Below, piece by piece: positions 51,953 through 64,000 of a stretch of 64,000 bases of DNA. The translations under genes and the position numbers were made by a program. The number at the start of each line of letters is the position of its first letter. Position 1 is the first letter of the stretch. The stretch comes from Octopus sinensis (taxonomy: Eukaryota), in contig NC_043003.1 of NCBI RefSeq assembly GCF_006345805.1, forward strand, positions 98,208,001 to 98,272,000, in the 5' to 3' direction. The notes beneath the pieces are model-generated. The model worked only from the letters and a program-made list of their open reading frames with translations, had not been told where the DNA came from and did not search any database.

Positions 51953-52080
51953 AGAGGGAGAGAGAGTTGGAAAGAGCAATGTTCATGACCCATCTGTTTA
52001 TTTGTCTATTTATACTGGTACACATTGCAATGTATTAAATTGTAGTGTTTTATTTACTTATTTACAGACATTTGATTTTC

Positions 52081-52116
<36 letters not shown>

Positions 52117-52193
52117 TATATTATATATATAATATATATATATATATATTATGTATGTATTATATGTATTATTTGTATATATATACATGTATG

Positions 52194-52236
<43 letters not shown>

Positions 52237-52389
52237 CACACATACATAAATACATACATAATAAAGCATGTATATGTACACACCATATCAATATATTTAT
52301 ATGCATGTAAGTGCATATACATGCGTGCGGGCATGTGTTTGTGTAAATATTTGCGTACCATACTACATACAAATATATATATATTATAT

Positions 52390-52431
<42 letters not shown>

Positions 52432-52989
52432 TACAAATACACACACACACACACACGCGTACACACACATACACACTTAATAAAATCAACTTTAAACTAC
52501 ATGACTTCCACCCGTTCGTTACCTTAAAAACCTGACGCCATGTTTCACCCTGTTCTCTTGTTTTGACATTTGCAAGTCACTTCGTAAGAAGGGAGCGGCA
52601 AAAAGGCAAGAAAGAAAAGCAAAAAAACCCAAAAGAACGAAAACGTAAACAAAAACAAACAAATGAAATCTTTCTATAAATCTATTTTTATAGCAGATTG
52701 TTTTTCTTTTTCTTCCCTAAGGTTTAATATTTTCATTGCCTCGTCAGCAAGCAGACAAGATATTGCAAAAAAAAAAAAAAAAAAAGGAATCCTTATTGTA
52801 CTTCTATCATTTTCTTTTTCTCTTTATTCTGTGTCCTTCCAAATATAAACGTGTGGAATTTTAGCTAATTTATATTCACTACTATTATACTTTGCACATC
52901 ATATAACTTGAGGAGTTCCAATTTTTATTTCCATGTCTCATGATATGAATAATATCTCTTTTTCTGTATATATATATATATATATATCA

Positions 52990-53284
52990 CGTGTTCACGT
53001 GACCGACCAGACAATCAGATGTTGCTACACATCGCTGGTCACAATGCGTTCGCATTGTTTTAGCCTTCGAATGACGCGACCCCGCTGGCTAAGCGAGCAG
53101 GCCAACAGAAGAGTGAGAGAAAAGGTGATGAAAGAGTACAGCAGGGATCACCACCCCCTGCTGGAGCCTCGTGGAGCTTTTAGGTGTTTTCGCTCAATAA
53201 ACACACACAGCGCCCGGTCTGGGAATCGAAACGGCGATTCTACGACCGCGAGTCCGCTGCCCTAACCACTGGGCCATTGCGCCT

Positions 53285-53287
<3 letters not shown>
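52990..53287 (-). mobile_element. SINE head B, tail B
   Basis: Homologous to 11188-11488. Confidence 0.9.
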
Positions 53288-53338
<51 letters not shown>

Positions 53339-53802
53339 CATGCGACCTGCGGTCAGAGTTCAAATCCCGCCTATGTCAACTTTACCATTCCTCCTTTCGG
53401 AGTCAATAAATAAAGTACCAGCCACCTACTGGGGTCGACTCTTCTTACTCACACACACACACACTCTTCTATCTCTCATTCTTTCTTTCTCGCTATCTCT
53501 CTTTCTCAAGTTTTTGTAAGATGGCTATGGTCAAAACTGAAATGATTGGCTTCATCTGATTTAAAACTGCCGGTGTTCCCATTTGAAGTGAAGGATGTTC
53601 CCACTACACATTAAAAGATACATGTAGAATATATCCTTTTATCAATGTTTATAGTAGTTCTGTCCGTATGCAACATACGGCCTGTCTTAAAAAGAGATGG
53701 CCATATTTCTTATGATGTATATACAACCAAGCTTCCTCTCCATTTTTTAATACACTAATCGTACAAGTGTCTCCATAGAAGAGAATTTGATGTTCCACAT
53801 CC

Positions 53803-54086
53803 CTAGCTTTATCGATTTCGTTTGGCGAACTGATACGTCATTTTCTCGATCACTATTGGCGAAACGCTAAGTCATTTTATCGATCTCGTTTGGCGAACAG
53901 CTAGGTCATTTAATCGATCGCGGTTGGACAAATAAGATTGATAAACTGACTTAGCCTTTCACCAAACGAGTTCGATAAAATGAATTAGCGATTCGACAAA
54001 CTAGATCGATAAAATGACCTAGTGGATCGCCAAACATGATCGACAAAATGAATTAGCGGTTCGCGAAACATGATCGAGAAAATGAC
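53803..54086. repeat. Head-to-head array of ~34-bp units (4 forward, 4 reverse)
   Basis: TCATTTTATCGATCTCGTTTGGCGAACNGCTAAG-like units, then their reverse complements. Confidence 0.85.
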
Positions 54087-54161
54087 CTCCGGCCGATCAA
54101 AAGCTTGTGAGTGAATTTGGTAGACGGAAACCGAAAGAAGCCCGTCGTGTGTATATATATT

Positions 54162-54196
<35 letters not shown>

Positions 54197-54238
54197 GTAT
54201 ATATATTATATATATATATATATATATATGTAGATATA

Positions 54239-54281
<43 letters not shown>

Positions 54282-54573
54282 TGAGAATGTGTGTCTGTCT
54301 GTGTGAATCCCTAAAACGTGAGAACTGCCAACCAATTTCATTCAAATTTTACACATGCCTTAAGGTCAATGTAGTGTCATGGGCAAAAAATTCCTAACTT
54401 CTTGCCTAGGGCGATCCCACAGCAATATCATATCTTCTCCGCTATTTCAGTATTACGTGTTAAAAGTGAAACAAAAACATCTCTCTATAGTATGGATATG
54501 GATGTATACATAAACATCCATTGTCAAGTGGTCATAGGGGTCAAACACAGATACATAGACTCGTACATGCATT

Positions 54574-54628
<55 letters not shown>

Positions 54629-54648
54629 GTATGTATGTATATATGTCT

Positions 54649-55583
54649 GTATGTTTTCTATGTGGAGTAAGGGGACACATGAAAGCTAAGTGCCCCCAGA
54701 AACACGAAGAGGAGGAAACAGAGAAGGAATATCAGGAAGAAGAGGGTGCAAACATAGAGGAGAAAATGAAAGAGCAATATACAGTGGTAAAAAGAAAGAA
54801 GAGTAATACAGATTCACCACCCAAAAGTCTGAGGAAGAAGAGAAAGGCAAGTGGAGAGGAGAAGCAGAGTGAAAGACAAGAGAATACGAATGGGACGAGA
54901 AAAAAAATGAAAAGACAACAAAAGTGAGGAACGAAGGCAGTGACCATGAACTAGCAAGGAGGAAAGAATATAGGAGAGAAAGGAACATGAAAGAGAGATG
55001 ATAGCAACACAGAATGAGAGACAGACACAGATAGAAATGCCTGTGGCAGAGGAGGAGATTGGTGAGGAGTGAAGGAGAGTGACATGTAAAAGGAAAAACT
55101 TGAGAACAATTGTGCAATATTGCCTTAATGAAGAACGTTATAAGAGTGAAATTAGCGGTCAAAGAGGATAACGAAGGTTTTAAAGCTGTTTTGTTGGAAA
55201 AAGAAAGAGGATAGAAATTGAAGGAGTTGTTTGGTGAAACAATAGAGATGATAGGGATACAAATTGGTTATGAGACGAATTGCCGACAGTGGTGGCCTTC
55301 GAAGAGTTAATAGAGTATACGTTATAAATAATGACATCGTGTGAATTTTTTAAAAAAGGAAACCAACTGATACAAGACTGATATTGAACTGTTCATTTAA
55401 AAACAGTAAAAGAGAAACTACCTGCTTATGGGGTGGGGGAATAGGTAAGCCATTCCATTCTCATTTTCATTATATTCATAATTCATTCGATATGTGTTTC
55501 TATGTACTCCAATGTATTGTTTTGTCTGTTTTTGTGTTGTCCCTTCTCTATTGAGGTATTGTGCCTAATTAAAGAAATAAGGA
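54649..55583 (+). mobile_element. Decayed Tx1/L1-like element fragment
   Basis: VCFLCGVRGHMKAKC zinc knuckle and K/E-rich tail; 3' end TTGTCTGT..TTGTCCC..TAATTAAAGAAATA resembles the Tx1 and SINE-E termini. Confidence 0.5.
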
Positions 55584-56209
55584 CGTTGGTGCTGTCTTGG
55601 CGGAGGTTTGCGCTCTCTGAGTGCTCTTGTTATTGTTACGTCGATAAATTTTTTTGATTGCTGTTGATTTTCTGCTCACTCATTTGCTGACAATATTGTT
55701 GTTTGCAGGAGTGATTTATACAGCAATACTGGATCTGGCTTTAGCCATTGTTGTTGTTATACTTCTGAGCATGTAAAGACAAGCCAATAGCAAAAATTAT
55801 TATTTCTTTCTTTGCTTAATGTTGTTGTTGTTTTAAGTATTTTTATGAATCTTAAACAGACTGATAGAGCAAAATAACCATCAGCTTTTCCAGTTGCAAG
55901 CACCAAGTCTTTCGTACACTGAAGGTTACAATATACATAAAGCCCTCCTATAATTTTTTGTAGTTAGATTTTCTGTCTCTCTCTGCTCACGTGCGCGCGC
56001 GCACACATACTCAAATCTCCGAGTGATTTTTAAGCATTATCAGAGCAACCTGCTTTTGAGTCCATTACATTATATATGTGTGTGTATATGTGTATGTGTG
56101 TGTGTGTGTGTGCGTGTGCATAAAATAAGGGTATATATTATATTTTACACATTCTTTTGTATTCCCCTTTCACCCGCGCACACGCACGCACACACACACA
56201 CATACGCAC

Positions 56210-56256
<47 letters not shown>

Positions 56257-56985
56257 GGTATAACATTAAACTTCCCGCAAGGCATATAATGCAAGACTGA
56301 TATGTAACTGGATGCTAACGATAAAGAAGGTTTTTCCATAACTCTTTCATTGTTTTTGTGAGACAGGCAGAAAGCGGGCTCATACAATATGTAACCTGTT
56401 TCAATATGCAAACTGCCTTGTTTATTTATTTATTTATTTTTTTATGTTTAGAGGATTAGGTTTCTATTTCTAGCAGGTCAAGCATCCACGTAGCAGTTCA
56501 TTATTGCTGTATTTTCTATACTTCTCTATTATTGTTTCAGCTATTATTGTATTTTAAAACACTGTAGTTATTCTTTTTCTTACAGCCATTATACAGCCTA
56601 CAGTTCCCTGTTATTGTTGTCCAATACAACCATTATTCCTTCGAAAACATTCTCTCACCAAATTTAGTTCAATCTAATTAAGTTTCTGTTTATTTTTCGA
56701 CAAACGGCAATTTCAATTTTTTTCTTCTTTACCATTTTTATAGACTAATAGATTTGGTATGATGGTTATTTTTATACTAACAGATATTGTAGTGTTGCTA
56801 TCAAGTTCTTTGGAGTTTTATTTCTTTTAATATATTTTCGTAAGTTCATTTTGGTTTTCATCCCGCTGACCTAGTGATGGAAATGAGCGCTTATTTACCG
56901 TATGTGTAATTTTACGTATCGTGGTATTGCAGAAGGAAACACCCTTAAGATAGGAAAGAGTGGAAGCAGATAATAATAGTAGCAA

Positions 56986-57153
<168 letters not shown>

Positions 57154-57306
57154 ATCTCTTTGTCTTTGTTTACACACACACACGCGCGCACACATTTATT
57201 ATGTATATGTATAACTATATATATATATATATATGTGTGTGTGTTTGTGCGTGTGTGTGTACATATACATATATACATAAATACATATACACATATACAT
57301 ACACAC

Positions 57307-57375
<69 letters not shown>

Positions 57376-57417
57376 GGAAAGAGAGGGAGAGAGAGATGGA
57401 AGAGAGAGGGAGAGAGT

Positions 57418-58277
57418 GAGAGTGCGGTGAATAAACTGTCGTCTAAATTACGCAAAAATGAAAATAACACTGAAATCTCATTTTAACATATATTTACCAA
57501 AACTGAATAAAAATATCTTGAAATACTAAAGCGTAAATTTATTCAGTAAGATCGCCATTGGCTTCAACCACGGCCTACAGACGAACTCTGAATCGCCTGT
57601 CACTCTTCTGGATTATGCTGCCATAATCTTTGGTGTTACAAGGAGTTTTTGGGTCTCTCACTCTACTGCGCCCCACGCATAATAATGAAAGGGATTGTAG
57701 TCTGGGTTGTAGGTGGTCAGATTTTAGGAGTGATGTGGCCGCAGAAATTGTCTGACAGCCATGATTGGGTTCTCCTGCTTGTGTGGCATGGTGCAGAGTC
57801 CTGTTGCCAGACATAGTGTCTTCCAGGAGCCACCCTCTTCACCCAGGGCTGCACTATCTCCTCCAAACACTGGATGTTGGCTTACGTGTTGAGAGTAACT
57901 CAGACACTACCATGTCCCTGGCGATGAGCCTGATTGACTTCGAGAGATCATTGTCAATCATGGCCTGAATCTCATCAACAAATTCAAAAGTTCGTAATCA
58001 ACATTGAACTCGTCAAACTTTTTCCGAATCTTCTGCACTGTCCTCAGATTGACACCCAAACACTCTGAAATGTTTGTATTGGAATTTCCGGGTCGAATGC
58101 CAAACAGTTAGTCATGTCGTTTCCAAATTTCTGGCAACTTGAATTGTGTCACGGTGCTGTTTTCAATAACAGGCAATGCCCAACTGACCCTACTATAATG
58201 TGTAGTCAACAAAATCAAAACCAAACAATGCGCAAGCGCGAAAATAAATGTATAAAATCCTGACAGTTTACCTATCG

Positions 58278-58283
<6 letters not shown>
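57418..58283 (-). mobile_element. Internally deleted maT/DD37D-like transposon with TIRs
   Basis: TIRs AGAGTGCGGTGAATAAACTGTC and GACAGTTTACCTATCGTACCCT; peptides YNPFHYYAWGAVE..KTPCNTK and AVVEANGDLTE*. Confidence 0.8.
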
Positions 58284-58349
<66 letters not shown>

Positions 58350-58457
58350 ATATGTATGATCAACTAATAAGGGTGAGAGAATTGGATACTAATTTAATAG
58401 TACATCCATTTAACACCAAGTGGCTTAGTGCATAAAAATTAATGTATAAAATGTATG

Positions 58458-58498
<41 letters not shown>

Positions 58499-58604
58499 GC
58501 ACACACTATAATGTATAAATAAGGGCGACACGTGTTTCTTAAGTCAGAGCATGAAATGCTAAATTTCGAAGCCAAGATATCTGAAAAACCTGTTTCCTTG
58601 TTTG

Positions 58605-58635
<31 letters not shown>

Positions 58636-58800
58636 CTTTATTCAAAGCAGCAGAAAATTCAACAAAACCTGTTACTCTGAGTTTCCCGTTGCTGTTCGTC
58701 GGACAATTTTTGCTAGAATCTAGCAAAAATTGTCCGACGAACAGCAACGGGAAACTCAGAGTAACAGGTTTTGTTGAATTTTCTGCTGCTTTAAATAAAG
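58636..58800. repeat. Palindrome, 82-bp arms, 1-nt centre, 1 mismatch
   Basis: 58636-58717 is the reverse complement of 58719-58800. Confidence 0.97.
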
Positions 58801-58886
58801 CATATTACTCTACCACTGGTATTTGAGTACTATTTTTTCCACCTTGTTTCACATTTATGTGTTTACTCCGGTATATATATATATAT

Positions 58887-58990
58887 AATTTATTATATAG
58901 AAGGAGCTTCTACAGGACTAGAACTGTTTCATTCAAGAGCTTGAATGAAACAGTTCTAGTCCTGTAGAAGCTCCTTCTATATAATAAATT
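58887..58990. repeat. Perfect palindrome, 51-bp arms, 2-nt centre
   Basis: 58887-58937 is the reverse complement of 58940-58990. Confidence 0.97.
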
Positions 58991-59379
58991 AATTTTACTC
59001 TGCTATGTATTGAGTACCTTATTTACTGTGGTTAACCCCGAATCAACCCGGGACCTACATATATATATATATATATATCGTGTACATTTAAACACATAAG
59101 GAATCCACTCGTGGAATTCAACACGCTAGGAATAACAGCTAGGTTCTATAACCACAAAAATTAGGGATAAAATTCGACAGGAACGAAATGAAAAATAAAA
59201 ACATTTTACCATCAAGTTTCCTGGACAAATTGGTTTCTGATTTGAGTTTAGCAAGCAAATAATATTTACTCACGAGGTGAAATCGTCCTCAACAGGTACA
59301 CCTTGGGTTAAATATATATACAACGAGGCAATCAAACTATATGCTTTTCTAGAAAAAATTAGGATGTATAAACGAGAGG

Positions 59380-60530
59380 CATATAGTGAGCTGCAGAGGT
59401 TCAGCATGCCGTCTACTGAGCCGCTTCCTTGTGGATGTAATCAGTCCATTAGCAGGAAAGTCAACATCGTACATGAAGAATTCCATCCACTTCACAGAAT
59501 TGATCAAGGATACCCCCATTGAATCCAACCAGATGGTAAGTCTAGCTGTGATAAGTCTGTTCACCAAAGTCCCAACTGGTGAAGCACTATCGGTGATTCA
59601 CGAAAAACTAGTGACAAACACTCATCTAAAAGAACGCACTAGTATACCAATAAGAAACTTGACGGGAATATTGACCTTCTGTGTAGAAACTACCAAATTC
59701 AGTATGGACACTGATATATATCGACAAGAAAAGGGTTTAGCTATGGGTTCGCCATTATCACCGATAATAGCCAATATATACATGGAATACTTTGAGAATC
59801 TGGCTTTAGGATCAACACCACTAAAACCAACCCTATGGCTGCGATATGTTGATGACACCTTTATCATTTGGTCCCGCCAGGAAGATGTCCAATCATGTGT
59901 ACTCAGTAAAGCCATCCATACAGTTCACAATTGAAAAGGAAAAAAACAATCAGCTAGCATTCCTGTACGTATTAATAACAAGCACCAAGTATGGATTCAG
60001 GACATCCGTATACCGCAAGCCGACCTTCACCTCAACTTCAATTCCCACCATCTATACAGTCTAAAGAGAGGGATTGCTCAGTACTTAAAACATCGAGCAA
60101 AGAATATAAGTAGCGATCGTGATACCCACGATCAAGCTCGGTAACAATCTATTAAGCAACAACTACTCCAATTATGAAGAAAAGAGAGGATGAAACCAAT
60201 GAACTGTCCACAGTTCATTGGTTCTGTCTACCCTATGTGAAAGGCGTCTCCGAAAAGATACAAAAGATATGCGACCCATATGACATCAGGACGGTATCCA
60301 AAAGTAATACAACACTTCGCAAATATCTCCTTCGAGTAAAACCACCAATAGAAGGGAATATGACTAAGAACTGCGTGTACTCCATCCTATGCACCTGTGG
60401 TAAGTTATACAAAGCGAAACATGCCGCCCCCTCAAAATAAGGATAGAGGAACATCGCAAAGCTGTGACACGAGGAGATATTGATAAATCGGGTATAGCTG
60501 ATCATGTATGGAAAAATGGAGACCACCAAT
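59380..60530 (+). mobile_element. Penelope-like element remnant (RT plus GIY-YIG endonuclease)
   Basis: SLFTKVP, YRQEKGLAMGSPLSPIIANIYME, WLRYVDDTF, QFTIEKE, SVYRKPT; KNCVYSILCTCGKLY..IRIEEH..KSGIADH; frameshifted. Confidence 0.93.
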
Positions 60531-60610
60531 AAACAAGATGAGGACAAATATCCGTCATATGTAAATAATGTAAATAATGTACGTAATTCCTAATCTCTTA
60601 AATACAGAAC

Positions 60611-60659
<49 letters not shown>

Positions 60660-60676
60660 TGATGATGGTGATGATG

Positions 60677-60740
<64 letters not shown>

Positions 60741-60742
<2 letters not shown>

Positions 60743-62667
60743 GATCCTCGAAACACTAGCCATTAACAAAGTAGCACCAACAATCATAAAATTCATAGAG
60801 AACTCTATGAATAAATGGCAAACAGTCCTACACCTCCAAACAAAAGAGGGACTCATGAAAACCAAAGACATCCCCATTAGAAGAGGAATATTCCAGGGAG
60901 ACACGCTCTCTCCACTCCTTTTCTGCTTGGCACTGTCACCTCTATCTGATATGCTAAATAGAACTGGATGCGGATATAAATGTTACGGCAAAACGATCAG
61001 CCACCTTTTATATATGGATGACCTAAAACTATACGCTGCAAATGACAAACAGCTGGAAACACTATTAAAGACAGTTCATGGATTTACCAAAGAAATAGAT
61101 ATGAAATTTGGATTAGAAAAATGCGCCAAAGTAACCATGAAAAGAGGAAAACTAGTTAAGAGTAACGACATCACACTAGATAAAACCAATGAAATAAAAG
61201 AATTAGACCAAAGCCAAACTTACAAAAACTTAGGAATCCATGAACTAGATAAGACACAACACACACAAATGAAAGAGAAAATAAAAAAAGAATATTATAG
61301 ACGAGTTAGATCAATACTAAAAACAGAGCTCAATGCTAAAAACAAGATAATAGGTATCAACACTTTAGCTGTCCCAGTTATAAGTTACAGCTACAATATC
61401 CTTAACTGGACACGAAATGAACTGTCCAAAATAGATAGGAAAACAAGAAAAATACTGACAGGATCTAGGATGCATCACCCAAAATCTGACATAGAAAGAC
61501 TATATATACAACGTATAGAAGGTGGTAGAGGCCTTATACAGCTGGAAAACTACTATAAAATAACCATCATAGGACTGCAAAAATACCTACTTCAGAAGGA
61601 AGGAAAACTGATCCAGATAGCAGCAAAACACGAGCAAAACAAAAAACTGTTCTCAGTATTTAAGGAAGCTGACAAATACAAACAAGAAATCATACCACCT
61701 AATAAACACAAAGAAGAAGAAGAAGATGATGAAGAAACAACAAAAGCTATAAAACAAATGAAATCCAAACTAAAAATAGAACAGCAACGAGCCATGATAA
61801 AACGATGGCAAGAAAAACCCCTTCATGGTAATACTGCACTAAACTAAACGCAAAAGAAATAGACAAAGAAAAATCCCAGCAATGGTTGAGAAGCTCAGGA
61901 CTCAAAGCAGAAACAGAGGGATTTTTAATTGCAGCACAAGACCAAAGCCTCCCCACCAAAATTACCAAAAACATGTAATGAAAAGAAATATTACAAGTAA
62001 CTGCAGAATATGTGGAGATGGACAAGAAACAATAATCATATTATCTCTAGCTGCCCAGTCCTGGCTAAGAAGGAATATATTCACAGACATGACAGAGTTG
62101 GAACCTACATACATTGGAAGCTATGCCAACATTATGGAATAACAACAGAAAAAAGATGGTATAGGCACACACCAGAAAAGGTCACAGAAAACGAGAAAGC
62201 AACCATACTCTGGGATATGCCGATATACACAGATAGAGAAATTAAGGCCAACAGACCAGATATAGTTGTCAGAGATCATGAAGAAAAAAAATGCTTTCTA
62301 ATTGATGTATCAATACCGGCAGATGACAACGTGTCTCTAAAAGAAATGGAGAAACTCTCAAAATACAAAGACCTGGAAATAGAGGTAACTAGAATGTGGA
62401 ACCTGAAAACAGAAACAATTCCTATCATAGTAGGTGCATTAGGCATGATAAAAAAATATTCAGACAAATACATAACAAAAACACCAGGACTTACAAACAC
62501 ATATAACATACAGAAAATTGCACTACTAGGCACTGCACACATCCTACGCAGAACACTTTCCATACAATAACCATCAGAGCATCACAACAAATCACAGCAC
62601 ATACCCAAGGCACACAGAGCTGCGCTCGGTAGTGAAGTGAAAGCACGCTATAAAAATAAAACTACTG
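60741..62667 (+). mobile_element. 5'-truncated Dong/R4-like RLE retrotransposon inside (AAT)n
   Basis: RRGIFQGDTLSPLLF, YMDDLKLY; CRICG..HIISSC..RHD; RPDIV..IDVSIP..KLSKYKDL; (AAT)n at 60612-60740 and 62668-62693; three frameshifts. Confidence 0.95.
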
Positions 62668-62711
62668 AATAATAATAATAATAATAATAATAATTATTAT
62701 TATTATTATTA

Positions 62712-62931
62712 TAATGGTTTCAAATTTTGCCATAAGGGCAGCAATTCTGGGGGAGGGATTAAGTTGATAACATCGACTCCAGTTTTCAGCTGGTACTTAT
62801 TTCATCGACTCCCACGAAAGGATGAAAGGTAATGTCGTCGGCGGCGGAATTTGAACTGAGAACGCAGTGACGGACGAAATGCCGCCTAGCATTTTGCCCC
62901 GTCTGCTAACGATTCTGGCAGCTTGCCGCCT
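62712..62931 (-). mobile_element. SINE head E, alternative tail, between AAT tracts
   Basis: Homologous to 15701-15911. Confidence 0.82.
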
Positions 62932-62942
62932 TAATAATAATA

Positions 62943-62996
<54 letters not shown>

Positions 62997-63260
62997 TAAT
63001 AATGATAGTAACAACAATGATAATAATCCTTTCTTTATTAGCCACAAGGGCCCACAAAAATAAGATTGGACATTACAAAGCATGAAGGACAAAGTGGGGT
63101 TACATAAAGTATCGTGTAAAAAGTCAGTAACAATGAAAAATATAACAAAGAAAATGCTTATAAGACCCCAAGAAAAATCCACAAGCTCCACAACAACTAG
63201 GGCAACAGCCTTCTCCCCATCTTTCTCTCTCTCTCTCTCTCTCAGCCTTTGAAACTCAAA

Positions 63261-63367
<107 letters not shown>

Positions 63368-64000
63368 TATTATGTGTGAATTTGAGGTACGCATTAAAGC
63401 CTTGTCGACTATTTATTTCGGTTTTTTGTCTTTCGGCATTCTGTCTGCACACAATTTCCTTACACTCTTATCATTCTTTGGAAATTAATGATAACTGCAA
63501 ATTCTCGTGTTGTTACGTTTGATTAATGAGCAATGATATTTGCACTAAAGAGAAATTTAAAAAACACGAATGTTGAAGATTGACTAGTTCTTTCTCAGTT
63601 TTGATTTCAAAATTTAGTAAACTCATACCACTTTTGTAATAAATTTCTTTGACATGGCATCAACATAAAACAACTTTATTCTTTATCTTTACAAAATTTA
63701 CGATATTTTAATTATGAAAATACTTGGATTCTTTCAAACTTAACGCTGCAATCACTCTCGTACGTATACGCACACACATATGCAAATCCTTGTCAATATA
63801 CCATGAAAGCATTTACATATATAATGTATTGTATGGCGAAGACTACATACATATGTGCGTGGGTAGATGTGTGAATGACTTACGCATATTTATTTGGCCA
63901 ATTATTAAGACATTAAAATGGTTGGAAATGGCGCGAATGTTAAGCAAGATCTTATCAAGGGAACGCTTAGTAACTTCACCAAGACCTCGTTCTACTCTGA

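Overview
Animal non-coding DNA that is AT-rich and saturated with microsatellites and transposable elements. The SINE families and repeat density suggest an octopus/coleoid genome (inference). No host gene can be identified confidently; the only candidate is a weak minus-strand multi-exon unit at about 44.0-46.9 kb. The window holds a ~6 kb Tx1/L1-clade retrotransposon plus two truncated sister copies, and all three sit inside (TATC)n arrays. It also holds a 5'-truncated Dong/R4-like RLE retrotransposon and several related 3' ends associated with (AAT)n, a Penelope-like RT/GIY-YIG remnant, CR1/RTE fragments, mariner and maT transposon remnants, MITEs and about 20 modular tRNA-derived SINEs. 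Main highlights: (1) an apparently (TATC)n-specific Tx1 family, and a SINE whose 3' terminus matches that family's 3' end; (2) two families of type I hammerhead ribozyme motifs in short dispersed repeats; (3) a series of near-perfect fold-back palindromes; (4) apparent partitioning of retroelement types among different microsatellite motifs.
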